A stretch of 64,000 nucleotides of DNA from Nageia nagi. Its lineage: Eukaryota; Plantae; Pinophyta. The notes beneath the pieces are model-generated. The model had not been told where the DNA came from, did not search any database, and saw only the letters and a list, made by a program, of their open reading frames with translations. This document shows, piece by piece, positions 62,230 through 64,000 of this stretch (positions within the stretch are counted from its first letter, which is position 1; each line of letters begins with the position of its first letter). The stretch is from NCBI GenBank assembly GCA_050084985.1, contig JBITNC010000001.1, positions 101,804,001 through 101,868,000 of the forward strand, given 5' to 3'. Position numbers and translations under genes: made by a program.

Positions 62230-64000
62230 TTTGAACCAATTTTTCAGTGTTGCTCTACCCCTAAAATTAGTAGTGGATTGTTGCCCATTTGCAACATCCT
62301 TGGTGCTTTCTTTCTCCCAAAATTCACTACATGCTAACATTAATCTTTATTAGTATTAATTATATGTCATTCATTATCTATGTGAGATCAAAATTAGGCC
62401 CCATTACCAAAACTATTTGAATTCTTAGTTCATCTATTTAATCTATTTATTTCCATTAAAGGTTGTAATATGAGATATCAAGATTTTAATTAGTCTTTGA
62501 ACCTCATTAAATATGTTTTATTTTATTTTTTCTTTACTACATAATGTTTTCACCTTTAGTACATTGTACTTATTGATAACTTTATCCCATTATTCAAAAT
62601 CATGGTTTATTACTTTATTTTTATCCTTTGAACCATTTAATTATGGACATCCATTGATAAATTACCATGATTAACCATATTATAAATAATTATTTTGTTG
62701 TATTATATTATTATCTACTCTAAATTATTTATCATCATTTTAAATGTCTTGAATTAGATATACTCTATCCCTTTTAAATACATTAAATCATGATGTCAAT
62801 TATTTACACATACACATAATGCTATTAAAATAATTTATTAAAAATACCACATAAACTATAAGAAATAAATAGTATTTCATAGCATTCACATTGGATACAA
62901 GATTTAGAGTGGTAAATCCTCTTGGCATAGGGGTAAGATCCACTTGGTAGCAAAAACTATTGATCTTGCAAATAATATAATTTATTAATTTTAAATAATC
63001 AATGTACATTCTTCTCAAGGCTAATAAAGATATTGTCGTATATTTTATTATGCTTTTGCAATTCTGCTATATCATTTAAATCCCAATGGATCCTCTACCT
63101 ATTATATGAAATATTTAACTTTTCTAAAATAAGCTTCTAGTTTCTAAATAGCTAGTGTACAATTTATTTTTGTTGTTCAAAAATTAATGGCATCTTTTAC
63201 AATATGTAATACTTGTGTACAATCCCTACATACATAGATGTATTTCCTTTATTGTATAAAACCAAGTATGCACTTAAATTATAAAAACTATATGCAAGTT
63301 ATTTAACTATACAAGTTTAACCCTTATATGGTTCTCTTTTTATAAAAAATAATCTATCTCTAAATATTTCTCATGGGATCTTCTGCCTACACATGGTTTA
63401 AGGCTAAGCATGAACTCAAAAATAAACTATATGACCATAACCAAATTGTAGACAAGTTCCATGGCCTTTTATATGTAACCAATGCAAACTATATTTACAT
63501 TAACCTAATCTATTTTGAAAAGGTCTATTCATCTAGGTTATTACTTGGTACTTGCTAAACTTCTTGTGTGCAAGTAATGGACCTATAATTTCTATTAATG
63601 CAAACAAATATGTTAAGCCTAAGCTTGGAGCTCTCAACCAACATCATGACGTCCAAAAGACTTATGGATCAAAACAAACACATGAATATTGACATAACAT
63701 GAAATATAATGGTTGTGCGTATGATCTCAATGAAAACCATATATTTTTAAAAATGCAAATATGGTTTCTTTCTGATATGGGTATCATTATTCATTTTTTA
63801 TATTTCTAAATATAATGAAGATTTTATACCATACCTAGTCTAAATAAAGAACATAAACATATCAATGTCACTCTTACAATTATGTCTAATTCAAATAGTA
63901 ACCATAAAGTATTGCAAGATGCATTAACAACCTAGAATCTTCTTTCGTAGCCTATGTATACTATCACTTGGAAATATAATCAAACAATGAGAAAAACCTA

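Overview
AT-rich, CpG-depleted plant nuclear DNA with no intact long gene. The PPR and gag motif style suggests a gymnosperm/conifer (inference). Most of the window is nested, decayed transposons: a full-length Copia with TSDs, solo LTRs, a non-coding LTR element, Gypsy and L1-LINE remnants, a Pack-CACTA and a SINE, plus scattered PLS-class PPR pseudogene fragments. The clearly functional core is a minus-strand tRNA cluster (3x tRNA-Phe-GAA, 4x initiator tRNA-Met) in three ~5-kb segmental duplicates at 17-30 kb, next to a small candidate secreted-peptide ORF (30589-30828). The most unusual feature is a Gypsy-type element whose Gag zinc knuckle runs in frame into a plant OTU deubiquitinase domain. 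The domain is split by a 6.45-kb nested insertion (7357-13807) and decayed, so the ORF track misses it. That insertion carries an accessory ORF, a ~50-bp motif array and eight ~48-bp palindromes whose spacings are all near-integer multiples of ~10.35 bp. All alignments and translations were done by eye, so identities and decayed-element boundaries are approximate.
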